Part shown: piece by piece, positions 1-12,260 of the stretch
Layout: each line of letters begins with the position of its first letter
Numbering within the stretch: the first letter of the stretch is position 1
NCBI GenBank assembly: GCA_964016885.1
Contig: OZ024743.1
Location: forward strand, 180,978,001-181,042,000
Reading direction: 5' to 3'
Length of the DNA: 64,000 nt
Origin: Eledone cirrhosa
Taxonomy: Eukaryota
Made by a program: the position numbers and the translations under genes
The notes under the pieces: generated by a model
What the model was told of the DNA's origin: nothing
Seen by the model: the letters and a program-made list of their open reading frames with translations, nothing else
Databases searched by the model: none

Positions 1-121
1 ACCACCATGAACCGCCAACATCACCATCAGCACCAACATTAACATCATCACCGCCATCACCAGCACCACCATCATCCTTTTCCACTATCATCATAATCAT
101 CATTATTATAACATCATCACC

Positions 122-310
122 GGTGGATTGGCAGTATCAGTAGAGGGTCGGACGCCATACTTTCTAGCATAGTTACGTCCCTTTACGATCTGAGTTCAAA
201 TCCCGCCGAGGTTGACTTTGCCTTTCATCCTTACGGGGTCGATAAAATAAAGTACCAGTAATGCACTGGGTAATTGCTGGCCTTGTGCCTAAAGTAGAAA
301 CAATTATTAT
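122..310 (+). mobile_element. tRNA-derived SINE (Nin-domain-like family)
   Basis: tRNA-like head (ggtggattggcagtatc A-box-like; gagttcaaatccc B-box), then gactttgcctttcatcc..ggggtcgataaaataaagtaccag core and (att)n tail; near-identical copies at 1493, 3146 and 5990. Confidence 0.8.
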
Positions 311-689
311 AACATCATCACAATCATCACTATTACCATCATTGCGGTCATCATCACCATCATCTATAGTTCTAGAGAAGAGCTCCAGTAAAAATAACTA
401 CAACAAGATAGGAAACCAAACGAAAGAGAAAAAAACAAAACAATGTTAGCGGCAACAATCATGTTTAATGTATTTCGACATTGTCAAGAAGAGAGAGGGA
501 GAGAGAAACAACATTTCTACTACAACATTGAAATGATCGCTGGAGGTGACAAGATCTTAATTCAAACCTTCTAACTTTTACATTCAATTTAATTCATCTT
601 CTGGTTGTGGTTAACTTGTGTTTCTCTTTCCTTTATCCTAGCAACCTCCAAATATAGTTGCAATCCCGAGAAATTCAATACAATTGTAA

Positions 690-985
690 AAGAACGAACA
701 CACACAAACATACACACAGATATGCATATACACACACAAATATTTACACACACACACACAAACATACACACAGATATACACATACATACATAAACACACA
801 CGCATATATACACACACACATATACATACACATACACACACAAATATGTGTACATATATACAAAAGCAAACACACACACACACACACATATACATACACA
901 CACACACAAATATATATACATATATACACACACACGGACATGCATATATATATATATATTTATATATATATACATATATATATAA
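690..985. repeat. Compound (CA)/(TA) microsatellite
   Basis: Direct reading; the ORFs called here are repeat translations. Confidence 0.95.
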
Positions 986-1161
986 TAAAATGTTACAGTA
1001 TCGTAAAAGAGGATAGAAATAAGAGGTATAAAGAGGTGCGATACAGAGTATTAGATGCCAAAAGCGGGTGCGTACGTGCTCGATGCTTCAGTTATCAGGG
1101 TTAAACATTAGAGAAAGTTAATATTTAGTGTACAGGATTAAGCAGAACGGTGATAAGCAAA

Positions 1162-1477
1162 ATAATTAATGAAAGAGTTACAAGCCGTTAAAACATATCT
1201 TTATAAGATAGTTCGGGGTTCGTCTGAGGCAGATATTAAAGGCAAAGTTTTTAATTACTATACCCTATTAGGGTAAAATAATAGTTTTACATCACTGTGT
1301 ATATTAAATTTAATATACACAGTGATGTAAAACTATTATTTTACCCTAATAGGGTATATAATTAAAAACTTTGCCTTTAATATCTCTGCCTCTGACAAGC
1401 CCCGTTGGGCGAAACACATGTAAGAGCTTTATAAAGATAGATATGTTTTAACGGCTTGTAACTCTTTCATTAATTAT
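1162..1477. mobile_element. Fold-back palindrome carrying a degenerate hammerhead (PLE terminus-derived)
   Basis: Arms of ~150 bp pair around aaattt at ~1310; right arm has ctgacaa-gccc/gggc-gaaac-acat-gta at 1392-1422. Confidence 0.75.
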
Positions 1478-1492
1478 GGTGGTGGATATAAA

Positions 1493-1685
1493 GCGGTGGA
1501 TTGGCAGTATCGGTAGAGGGTCGGATGCCATGCTTTGAAGCATAGAGTTACCTCCCTGTATGATCTGAGTTCAAATCCCGCCGAGGTTAACTTTGCCTTT
1601 CATCCTTACGGGGTCGATAAAATATAGTACCAGTAATGCACTGGGTAATCGCTGGCCTTGTGCCAAAAGTAAAAACAATTAATTA
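1493..1685 (+). mobile_element. tRNA-derived SINE (same family as 122-310)
   Basis: High identity to 122-310 including B-box and core. Confidence 0.8.
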
Positions 1686-1689
1686 TTTT

Positions 1690-1725
<36 letters not shown>

Positions 1726-1912
1726 AGGTATAGGATTATCCAAGATGTAGTGATGGTTAATTAAGATATCTACAAGCCACTCTCTCCCACTTCTCCAACC
1801 CCTGCATATCTTTCCTTCTCTCTCCTTCTTCCCTACTTTTCTCTCTTTCTGTTCCACTCTATCTTCCCCAACAACCCCACTTAAGGGTTTTTACATTGTA
1901 CATTTACCATTC

Positions 1913-2024
1913 TGCTCTGAGGAAACAGTGGTCACAGCATTGGATATTCGAGTTCTGCAAATACTTGTGAATTTGCACGTAGCGGAACTAGGCTGCAGTA
2001 CCACCGTGGAAACACTTGTAAGCA
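1913..2024 (+). ncRNA. Type I hammerhead ribozyme motif with long helix II
   Basis: Helix I tgct/agca; core CTGAGGA 1917-1923; helix II base acagtggt/accaccgt; GAAAC-actt-GTA 2009-2020; AATAAA at 2030. Confidence 0.7.
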
Positions 2025-2082
2025 CACGGAATAAATTACCTTTTTATGATGTCTACCTGTTATTATTCATTCTTTATATATA

Positions 2083-2118
<36 letters not shown>

Positions 2119-2362
2119 TAACAGATTAAAGTTTAAGCAAAGAATCGCTGCTTTCACCCTTAACGAACGGGATCTTCTGAAACTCTCCCTCTCTCTCTCT
2201 CTCTCTCTCTCGATATATATATATATGTATATCAACATATGTTGATTTAAAACTGCACTATTTACAAGTGTGTTTTAACCTTCATATCATGTCTCCCTAT
2301 TTTATCTGACGAAAACGCAAATGTTATTGCATGATGATATTTGTTTTTGAAATGCGCATAAT

Positions 2363-2446
<84 letters not shown>

Positions 2447-2563
2447 GACGAAAAACCAAGGTTAACAACTTACATTCATTCTTTTATTTCAACGTGATAC
2501 TCTACATAGAGCTTCTACCACATTACCAAAGATAGGAGTGAAGTATTCAACAATAATCAAACG

Positions 2564-2648
<85 letters not shown>

Positions 2649-2750
2649 GGTGTGTAACAACAGTTACAGGTAGCGCGCCGTTCGAAGCACTCGGCTGTAG
2701 GCTGCAGAGTGTAAATAGATTTAAAAGAGTTGAATTCGGTGTTGCACCAT

Positions 2751-2936
2751 ATGTACAAACTTTATTTGCTTATTACAATTGTTTCGATATCGATCAGCTC
2801 AGGATATAATATCTTTGCCCATATAAGCTCGCATATCTGACGAGATGTCGGAAGAGAGTCGGGCCCCATCACTTTGATTGTACCCTGGGCTGATCGATAT
2901 CGAAACAATTGTAATATGCAAATAAAGTTCGTAGAC
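2751..2936. mobile_element. Fold-back element with HHR 3' half in both arms
   Basis: Arms ~2756-2803 and ~2883-2930 are inverted repeats; GAAAC-AATT-GTA at 2902-2913 then aataaa; left-side tail 2646-2750. Confidence 0.7.
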
Positions 2937-3063
2937 ACTGATTTGGAGTCGTTTAAATATGTATATATATATATATTAGGAATTAGTATTGGTGCTCTGA
3001 AATAGCGATGTATGAATATATGTATAGTGTACTTGATAATATACTGTATGTTTATTTTAAAAT

Positions 3064-3143
3064 ATTTTAAAGACCATTCGCCGTGAGTTTTTAAGTAGCG
3101 ACATTGTCACTATTTTAAACTCATAGCGAATGGTCTTTAAAAT
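3064..3143. repeat. Short imperfect palindrome
   Basis: ttttaaagaccattcgc...gcgaatggtctttaaaa. Confidence 0.75.
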
Positions 3144-3145
3144 GT

Positions 3146-3285
3146 ATGATCTGAGTTCAAATCCCGCCGAGGTTGACTTTGCCTTTCATCCTTACGGGGT
3201 TGATAAAATAAAGTACCAGTAATGCACTGGGTAAGTGCTGGCCTTGTGCCTAAAGTAGAAACAATTATTATTATTATTATTATTA
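3146..3285 (+). mobile_element. 5'-truncated tRNA-derived SINE with (att)n tail
   Basis: Matches the 3' two-thirds of 122-310. Confidence 0.75.
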
Positions 3286-3435
3286 TATTTGGGGAGGGTG
3301 ATGTCATCCTAATATTGCCAAAAATATTAAATCACATTCACTGTTTGTTTTGTGTGTTTTACTATTTTTAGCAATACTAGAACAATATGACTCTCCCCAA
3401 ATATAACAATATGACCCTCCCCAAATATAACAATA
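3283..3435. repeat. Degenerate fold-back element (ttggggagggtcat family)
   Basis: atatttggggagggtg...gactctccccaaatat with a tandemly duplicated right end; related ends at 39023, 40218 and 45765. Confidence 0.55.
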
Positions 3436-3862
3436 TATGTTTCAACATACGATTTTCATATCAAAAACGTTGCAAAATACATATGCATACATTTACATTA
3501 ATACATGTATGTATATTTTATAACCATATACACCGCTCTATACATACTTGTACACATAAATAATAACTCGTGCCCGTACGTATATAAGCACATGTATAAA
3601 TACATAGACAGATATATAACAAATATGTAATGGAATATGTGAGAAATATATACTAAAAACTAATATGATAGATTGAAACGTGTCAGGATATTAAATAACA
3701 AACCTTATAAAATTCGTGATAACAATTTATATAATAATATATTCAAGGTAAAATATATAGAACTTATATTTTTTAAAATAGTATATACAACATATACAAT
3801 ATGTACACATATACCTATAATTGACTTATAATGTATATATCCTACATATGATTGTAATACAC

Positions 3863-3912
<50 letters not shown>

Positions 3913-4169
3913 AAAGAACAAAAAACAAAAACGAAGATGCAGTACAAATGATATTAGTATTAGTTTCACTTATACAGAAACATATTTAAGACCATCTTTT
4001 CAACAACAACCATATGCACGCACAAATGAACAGTCGTGGCATAAATTGAAGTATATGATCACACATAAATTCTGGTACTCCGTCGGTTATGACGACGAGT
4101 GTTCCAGTTGATCCGATCAATGGACAGCTCGGAGATCAGAGAGTCACTCCTATGAGAGCAAGTGGCCAT

Positions 4170-4520
4170 ATAGCCATACCAACATTGGTACGTGATACAG
4201 AGTCATTAGCGAGTGATCTGGCTGCTATTTCTAGTAGAACAATTGGGGTTTTTTTAGGCACTCCAGCATTGGGACGTGATATAATGTCATTAGAGAGTGA
4301 TCTTGCTGCTATTTCTAGTAGAGCAAATCACCTTGTAGCCACTCCAACATTGTGACATTATAGGGTATCATTTAAGAGTGATCTGGCTGCTATTTCTAGT
4401 AGATCAAGCCGCTATGTAGGCATTCCAAATATGCGATATTATAGGCTGTCATTTCAGAGTCGTCTGGCTGTTATTTCTAGGAGAACAAATGACCTTATAG
4501 CTATTCCAACATTGTGACGT
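4170..4520. repeat. Degenerate tandem repeat, ~5 units
   Basis: gagtgatctggctgctatttctagtag and ccaacattg recur every ~80-85 bp. Confidence 0.7.
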
Positions 4521-4777
4521 ATTACGGAGGTATTTATTATAGTTTTGTGAAAGAGCCTATCATTTTCCTAACTAACTTTCATCCATGGCGACTAAATCTT
4601 AACTCGCGTATTTTCTTCTTATCTCTTACACACTCGTCCTCTGTAGAATTTCTGCGAATAATTTATTATGGCAATTATATTTGCCCTGTAGAAATTTCAG
4701 CTAATTAGAAAATTTGATACTGATCATTAATTAGTAATTAGTAGCAAGTTTTAATATAATATAACATTCTTATATAC

Positions 4778-4828
<51 letters not shown>

Positions 4829-4830
<2 letters not shown>

Positions 4831-5070
4831 GGCGTATGGGTTAGTGGTTACAGCGTTGGGCTTGCAATCCTTGTGAACAAGACACTTTATTTCAGGTTAC
4901 TCCAGTTTAGTCAGCTTGAGAAATGAGTTGCGACGTCACTGGTGCCGTGTTGTATCGACCATTGCCTTTCCCTTGGACAACATAGGTGACATGGATAGGG
5001 GAGACCGGTACGCATGGGCGACAGCTGGTCTTCCTCCTTGCCTGGACTTGTGCCTCGGAGGAGAAACTTT
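4829..5070 (+). mobile_element. CORE-type tRNA SINE
   Basis: ggcgtatgggttagtggtt A-box-like head; gaacaagacactttatttc CORE-like segment; related to 31222-31535. Confidence 0.65.
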
Positions 5071-5073
5071 TTA

Positions 5074-5167
5074 AGGACCCCTACGACTGAGCTCCAGGCG
5101 TTTCGACTCCTAGATCCGAACTCGGATCTAGCTGTCGAAGCAGCGGGAGCTCAGCCGTAGGGGTCCT
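5074..5167. mobile_element. Fold-back hairpin with HHR 3' half (family shared with 41528-41652)
   Basis: aggacccctacg...cgtaggggtcct; arms contain gtcGAAACG...GTAgggg; followed by cttttcc(TA)n. Confidence 0.7.
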
Positions 5168-5176
5168 GACGCTTTT

Positions 5177-5209
<33 letters not shown>

Positions 5210-5646
5210 AAGAGTGAGAAATGGAATTTCATTTTTTCAATTTATATATATATACATATATACATATTTATATATATATACATATATACATATTTCAATT
5301 TATATATATATATATAAATCAATATATTCAAATCAACAAACAGCGAAAGACGCGTTCCGAATTGTCCGACAGACAACCTTTTCCCCCACCCCGGAAAAAA
5401 ACCCCCAGTTGATGGATGTGAATCCGAAATATATAGGGACTATTAAATCTCTCCCAAGGTAACTCTCTCTCCTGTGTTGTTATTATTATTTTTACCCTTT
5501 CACTCTTCCCTTCATTCTACACATCTCACACATCTTATACACACCACGCATCTCAACGTACACCCACTTACATATCTCTCTCTCCTCCACCAGACCCTGT
5601 TACCCGGAGATTTACCCATTTGCATTGTCGAGGCTTCCAAACGACT

Positions 5647-5709
<63 letters not shown>

Positions 5710-5713
<4 letters not shown>

Positions 5714-5779
5714 AATGAATAATAACAGGTAGACATCTTAAAAAGGTAATTTATTCCGTGTGCTTACAAGTGTTTCCAC

Positions 5780-5782
<3 letters not shown>
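5710..5782 (-). mobile_element. 3'-terminal fragment of the 1722-2076 element, truncated inside HHR helix II
   Basis: Reverse complement matches ~2003-2076; flanked by (TA)n on both sides. Confidence 0.8.
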
Positions 5783-5840
<58 letters not shown>

Positions 5841-5849
<9 letters not shown>

Positions 5850-6249
5850 CATTATCGGAGAAAGCTTTTAGCGATACTCCGGCCAAATTCCAACTCACTC
5901 AACAAACATTAGGAAATAAGTGAGTATATTCCCAATTAAACGTTCGGCGTGCTAACTAATTGTATTGTGTGGAAAATTGGCTGTATTATTTCAAATCCCA
6001 CCGAGGTTGACTTTGTCTTTCATCCTTACGGGGTCGATAAAATAAAGTACCAGTAATGCACTGGCTAATTGCTGGCCTTGTGCCAAAAGTAGAAACGATT
6101 ATTTCATATGAGACATATCGAATATATCTCTTCCCAGACGGACGTCTCGTTTCATTATAAGATTCCTACAATTTGGGTGAAATTATACCAATTTATGTAG
6201 GAGCTTGTATAAGATCAACAGATACATATTCAAGTGGGGTCTTATAATT

Positions 6250-6252
<3 letters not shown>
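5841..6252 (-). mobile_element. PLE-terminus element homologous to 41195-41487, interrupted by a SINE fragment (~5990-6100)
   Basis: 5841-5958 matches 41375-41487 and 6102-6252 matches 41195-41342 in reverse; (TA)n on both sides. Confidence 0.75.
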
Positions 6253-6309
<57 letters not shown>

Positions 6310-6313
<4 letters not shown>

Positions 6314-7353
6314 TAAACGGAATAGAAAATGCTGACAAATTGTTCACAGTTGAAAAATGGTTTAATTAGGAATAAAAGAGTATTAGTGATTGTATGGGTT
6401 AGTATTCAGTTGTGGTTTTAAGTTTTTAAGTTTTTACCGGTTGCGCATTTCTAAATGCTTTTCAAAAATAATTTTGAGATAGAGTGTCCGTGCTGTTTGC
6501 TCTGATCTGATTAGTTTTGGGAATTCTACCTGTTTTTATGTTAAAAAAGTGGCTCCAGCGTTATTTTTGTGTTGCAAAAATGCGGGAATACAGGAAAATA
6601 CCACTGAGTGAACACATTGATACCTGTGCCGCCCAAAATCATCCCAACTTCAGAATCTTTCCCCTCTACAAATTTAAAGATAATGCCACCCACACCCAGC
6701 GCATCAGCAAGGAATCTTACTTCATTAACAAATACGGACCCCGTCTAAACACTTCTCCCTAAGACGAACCCACAACATACACACGTCAACAAACATACCT
6801 ACATCAGCACACATCTCTACCCACATATAAACACAATGACACACGTAAACACACATGCTCTATGGTGCAATACAAAAATATATATGTGCATATATATGTA
6901 TGTATATGTGTATATATATATATATATGTAGTGAATATATGTATGTGTATATATATATAGTGAATATCATTTCACACCTTTTATTGTTAAGATTTTTGAT
7001 GTTCTATTAAGAGAACCGATTTTACTGAAAAAATCGAATAATGTACACCATTTTACCAGGGGGAAAAAAATACTGGTCCACCCACACACACACACACACA
7101 CATATATATACACAAACACATACACACGCGTACATCAACATACAAAGAGACTTATACACACACACACACACACACACACACGCACTTCTCCGTATAAGAC
7201 AAAAGCTGAAAAATATCTTTTTCTTACTGACCATCGAATTACTCTGCTATACACACACCACACACACACACACACACACTTATCTTAATAGCCATTTGAC
7301 ACACATCGCTGCTGGCCATTGTCGCAGCATCGAACACCTTACTACTACTACTA

Positions 7354-7423
<70 letters not shown>

Positions 7424-7935
7424 TTGTTGTGAAAGAGTCATTTCTCAATCTTGGCGCAAAACCAATTTTTTATCCACATGACCTCTACCGACCAATCAAA
7501 ATTGTTTTGACCAAGAATTTTTGCTGGAGCCACTTTTTTAACATAAAAACAGTCTTGGCGCAAAATCAACTTTTTACATTCACATGACCTCTACCGACCA
7601 ATCAAAATTGTTTTGACCACAAGCATTTTTGCAACACAAAAATAACGCTGGAGCCACTTTTTTAACATAAAAACAGGTAGAATTCCCAAAACTAATCAGA
7701 TCAAAGCAAACAGCACGGACACTCTATCTCAAAATTATTTTTGAAAGGCATTTAGAAATGCGCAACCGGTAAAAACTTAAAAACTTAAAACCACAACTGA
7801 ATACTAACCCATACAATCACTAATACTCTTTTATTCCTAATTAAACCATTTTTCAACTGTGAACAATTTGTCAGCATTTTCTATTCCGTTTACCAATATA
7901 TAATAACTTGTGTGTTACACCTCTATTCTTTTAAC
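6310..7935 (+). mobile_element. 5'-truncated PLE 3' end with inverted terminal repeat
   Basis: 274-bp inverted repeats 6310-6583 and 7623-7896; GIY-YIG C-terminal fragment inside; tail 7897-7935; (TA)n flanks. Confidence 0.75.
6584..6762 (+). pseudogene. C-terminal fragment of PLE GIY-YIG endonuclease
   Basis: PLSEHIDTC...F.IFP.YK...R..KESYFINKYGPRLN resembles the conserved H / E..I / LN end of PLE endonucleases. Confidence 0.65.
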
Positions 7936-8520
7936 TATATATATATATATATATATGTACATTGTATCTAGCAGCTCAAGCAGCTATATGAAGACTGAAT
8001 CATTGGCTTGATCAATCAACATATTTTGATTCCTTCAGCAGTATATTACAAGAACGTCAACTTTAACTGGGGGACACCAAAAGATGTGGGCGATGTATGT
8101 TGTTACGTCGACATTATTTCCCCCCACACCACACTACCGTCATCACAAAAGAACAAAAGCATAATATAAAATTAAAAGGAAACGGATTCTTTTTTTCTAG
8201 AAATTTCTATTTCATCCTTTAATCATGAACGTAAAAAACAATTAAAACAAAATAGAAATAAAGTACATCATTTATATTATTGATTGATTCTATTCTTCTT
8301 TGTTTATTTTTGTGCTTGTATTTCTAATTGGTGTTCTTGATATTGATGTTGTTGTTGTTAAGGTTGGATGTGTTTTAACCAGCGGATAACTAGTTTCTTA
8401 ATTGGTTTCGTAGTATTGAAAGTGAAATAGATACAGTTGAAATAATCATACAAATAAAAAGAATGAAATAAATAGTATCATGATTGTTCCGTGTAATTAT
8501 GCTTCTGTTAGGCCTTAAGT

Positions 8521-8569
<49 letters not shown>

Positions 8570-8638
8570 ACATGTGTGTATGTATGTATATATATATATA
8601 TATGTATGTGTGTGTATGTATGTATATATACATATAAG

Positions 8639-8687
<49 letters not shown>

Positions 8688-9849
8688 CTATATGTACATA
8701 CATAAATACATACATAAATACGCACATACATACATGATGGCTGCAACTCGATTTCGAGTAATGCCATCGCTTAATACTTAACCATGAGCATCACGGACGT
8801 GTCTTTTTAGTTCGGCTAGGGACTTGTCTATGTCCAGCAATACCGTGCATCGCAAAAAATGTCACATATCAAGCGATGCCTGTGCTTGAAGCCTTTTTAA
8901 GTGAGAAAAGGCTTTGCATGGGGCTAATCCGACTTGCTGAACATCGAATGCATTTGCCCAAAAAGAAAAACTGGTCTTCAATATCGGATGCAAATGAAGT
9001 CGCAGGTTTCATATCAGAATGACCTTCTCCTAGAGAGATGTCTTCATGAAGACTAGGAATCTCTCGCTCCACAAAAAAAGCTTTATTGGATGGCCGTTGA
9101 CTCTCCTGAGTTCCTACACGTTTTGGCTGGTCTTGTTTTCATCCCGTAGGGTGTCCAAAATCACCCTCATCAACAAGCAAGCTTGGTGGCGCTGCCGGTT
9201 TAGTCACTGATGACCCGACTATGCACAAGTTGTGCTAGGTTATCTGTTACAAGTAGTACTGTAGAAAGACCTGAACTAACATACATACATATACATATAT
9301 ACATATATAGATATACATATATAGATATAAACATTTATGCATACAGACAACAGACACATCAATGGCGTCCCAAGTACTTGGGCTACTCGGACATGACTTG
9401 GGAACTGTCTATCAGTTCATCCGCAATGAACACCGCCACATGTACAAGTACAAGTAATATACAATGTAGAAAACATCTTAATATATGTGAAATTCAAGAT
9501 ATACCTTTTTATTTTTCAAAATGAATTTAGATCACGAAAATATACGGAAAACCAATGAAGTGCTCTTCATAAAGATCTTTATTCCAAAACTGAACAGAAA
9601 ATTAATATCAGCAATTGCTAAATACTGTCGCCATGGTAGTTAATCTTATAACCTCCGTGCTGTTACCTAGTACTGTCAGGTCCCAAATAGAGTGGTTAGA
9701 ATAAGTGGATGAGGTGGAGGAGTGGTTGGAAAATCAGTAATTCTTCTAGCGTGTCTCCATTGAGTTTTTAAAAGCCAGAACTAGTCGTTTATTGAGACCC
9801 CAACCCATCTTATTTATTTTATAACGTATGGGATTTCTAGTAATGTACT

Positions 9850-9980
9850 TCTTTGTCATTAGTACTTTCTTTATCGACTTCGAAAGAATGGAAGGCAAAG
9901 TTGAACTCAGATAGCAGTAAGCCAGAACGAATACCTCAAAGAATTCTATCTGACGTTCTAGCGACTGATAATTCGCCGCT
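9850..9980 (-). mobile_element. Degenerate tRNA SINE (Nin-like)
   Basis: ttatcgacttcgaaagaatggaaggcaaagttga is the reverse of the SINE core. Confidence 0.6.
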
Positions 9981-10579
9981 TTTATCCATTTATTTCTCCC
10001 TTTCCTAATTCTACAACTACATTTTCCGTAACTTCTTTTAACTAAACATCTTTTTTTTTTAATTGTATCTCACCTAGTTACACAACTGTTTTCTAACTCA
10101 TCAACATAATCAAGAAACCACTATATACAATATCATCTTCAAATTGATACTGGTTTATTTCTTCCTCCTACTATTAGTCTTTTATTTCCTTAACCTATAA
10201 ACCTTCAGTCCATAAACTTTCACTTAATTAACTTTAGTTAGTTATTTTTCTTCCACTTCTTATTTATTAGCTAGCTGCTTTCTTTTCCAATATTATTCCA
10301 TGACGAATTTTGCACATAAACACCAAATATACTCAAATTACACTTTATTTTTACTACCTTATCGCTTACATGGAAATTGTATATGTTCTTTCATAGATTT
10401 TCCAAAGTTATTTATTTTCTATTTGTTATTACAATAATTCTTCCTTCAAAGTTAAAAACTCATCCTTTCTTCTGTAAACTTGAACTAAGAAAATCCTGTT
10501 AAATTAAAAGTTTGTGTCACCATATATACGTTAACCTTCTTCTTTACACTTCATCCTTCATACATTATTTAACTGCACA

Positions 10580-10730
10580 TTCCCTCCAGAGGATCCTGTC
10601 AGAAGCAACTGTCTCCAACTGATCCGGCTAGATCCCCAAGCATGAACAGACAAATTCATGTATGTTATCCAACCATCTTGCTCAGGATCTACCCGTGGGT
10701 CTTCTGCCGGCTGGTTTTGCATACCTAACA
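10580..10730 (-). mobile_element. RTE-type LINE 3' end fragment
   Basis: Reverse-strand homology to 27030-27200, 30050-30190 and 33575-33780. Confidence 0.55.
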
Positions 10731-11107
10731 ATAAAAATATAGTCAGTCACTTTCATATATATCATAGTCTTTTTCTAATCTTAGCTGTTCACGTTTATAT
10801 CCCTTTTAAACATACACCACTTAAATACACGCTTTAAAATTTAATATTTAGTCTCTTCTTATTAATACATGTAATTTGTTTTCCGAGACCTATTTGTAAC
10901 TTGTATATATAAAAGATAAAGTGGAACAAGTATGTGTGTGTTTGTGTGTATACATGTGTGTGTGTGTGCGCGCGCTCGCGCGCGTGTGTGTGCGTATGTG
11001 TATATGTTGGATAATGCGTATGTATATGCTTTTATTGTTGTCTACCCTCTGGTTAGCCTTTGATCGAGAATAGCTTTTGTCAAAAACATTATAATCATAT
11101 CCATCAG

Positions 11108-11301
11108 CGAGGGGGTGATAAAAAGTTCCTGGCTTTGGGTAAAAGAAAATACAGGAGGATTAGTTATTTATGATTTTATTCAACACTTATTGCAGCGGTC
11201 CTTCAATTTATCTAAGCCCTGTAAAAAGAACTAGGAAAGTTGGGCTTCCAGCCAGGCCTCTTTAGCAATAATCAAGCCAGGAATTTTGTAGCACCATCTC
11301 G
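11108..11301. mobile_element. Tc1/mariner-type MITE
   Basis: Imperfect TIRs cgagggggtgataaaaagttcctggctt / aagccaggaattttgtagcaccatctcg, followed by TA. Confidence 0.65.
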
Positions 11302-11989
11302 TATTTTTAAATAATGTGGGCCTTGGACTACTATGGTTAATGCTTCTCTCAGTTTCTGCAACATTTCATGTTGATTTCCCTAATTATTCTAGAAGCTCGA
11401 GCTACCATCAAAAGGTGCTTTCGTTGGTTTATCATAGTTGTGATAGACTTGATCGATCAGTCATGTGATCAAACAATTTTCAGTTCATTACCATCACGTA
11501 TTTAAGACAAAAATGTGTGATTTGGTGAAAACCTGTATTAATTGCTAATCGAACAACAACATAGAGACTCCCTCATCATTTCATATATGTGACTGTGTGT
11601 GAGTGTATGACTGTATGTGAGTGTGTGTTGGAGTGTCTACAAATGTATTTTGTGTTTGTCTGTGTGATTGTGTGTAGGTGTTTGTGTGGCTATGTACGTG
11701 TTGAAAAAGTATTAACACTAAATATAGTTCATGCTTGTTTACGTTTCTTCATAATGTAGAGAAAATTGATTTTATTTTTTTATATATTTCATTCATATAT
11801 TTTCTTAATTTTTATTTCATTTTATATTTGTCAATTATAAAATTGTATTTGAAAAACTATAAATGAGTTAATAAAGAAAACGAAAAACAACCAATTTTAA
11901 TAGTAGAAAAGAATAATAGAGAATAAATCTATTTTTCATTTAATGAAAATAAAAAATGAAATAAATTCACTCGGGAGAAAAAGAAGACG

Positions 11990-12260
11990 TTAATATAAAT
12001 CTCTGATTCGTCGTCCTAGTTGATGAAAGTAGGAGAGAGACATGGTAAAAAGAGAAACGAAGACTAACAATGACAAGAGTGCACCTCTGTTGGTTTCAAC
12101 CATGAGTGTTCTACTTGTTCTATCAACAGAACAAACCGCTGGGAAAGTTAACGAGTAAGTGACTGAGCATTCAGCAGACTCGTGTGCCCTTAACGTAATT
12201 CTCTGGGAGAATGTGCCTGATACAATTTGTGACAAGACTGGCTGTTTGTATTATATGTAC
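11990..12260 (-). mobile_element. SINE 3' portion (family of 31222-31535)
   Basis: Reverse match to the ctcctgagaactacattcagagt...gaatgctcagc...gttgatc...ggaacactc segment. Confidence 0.5.

Noticed and set aside
122-210. tRNA gene
   Set aside because: The tRNA-like part is a SINE head followed by a repeated core and tail; no complete cloverleaf seen.
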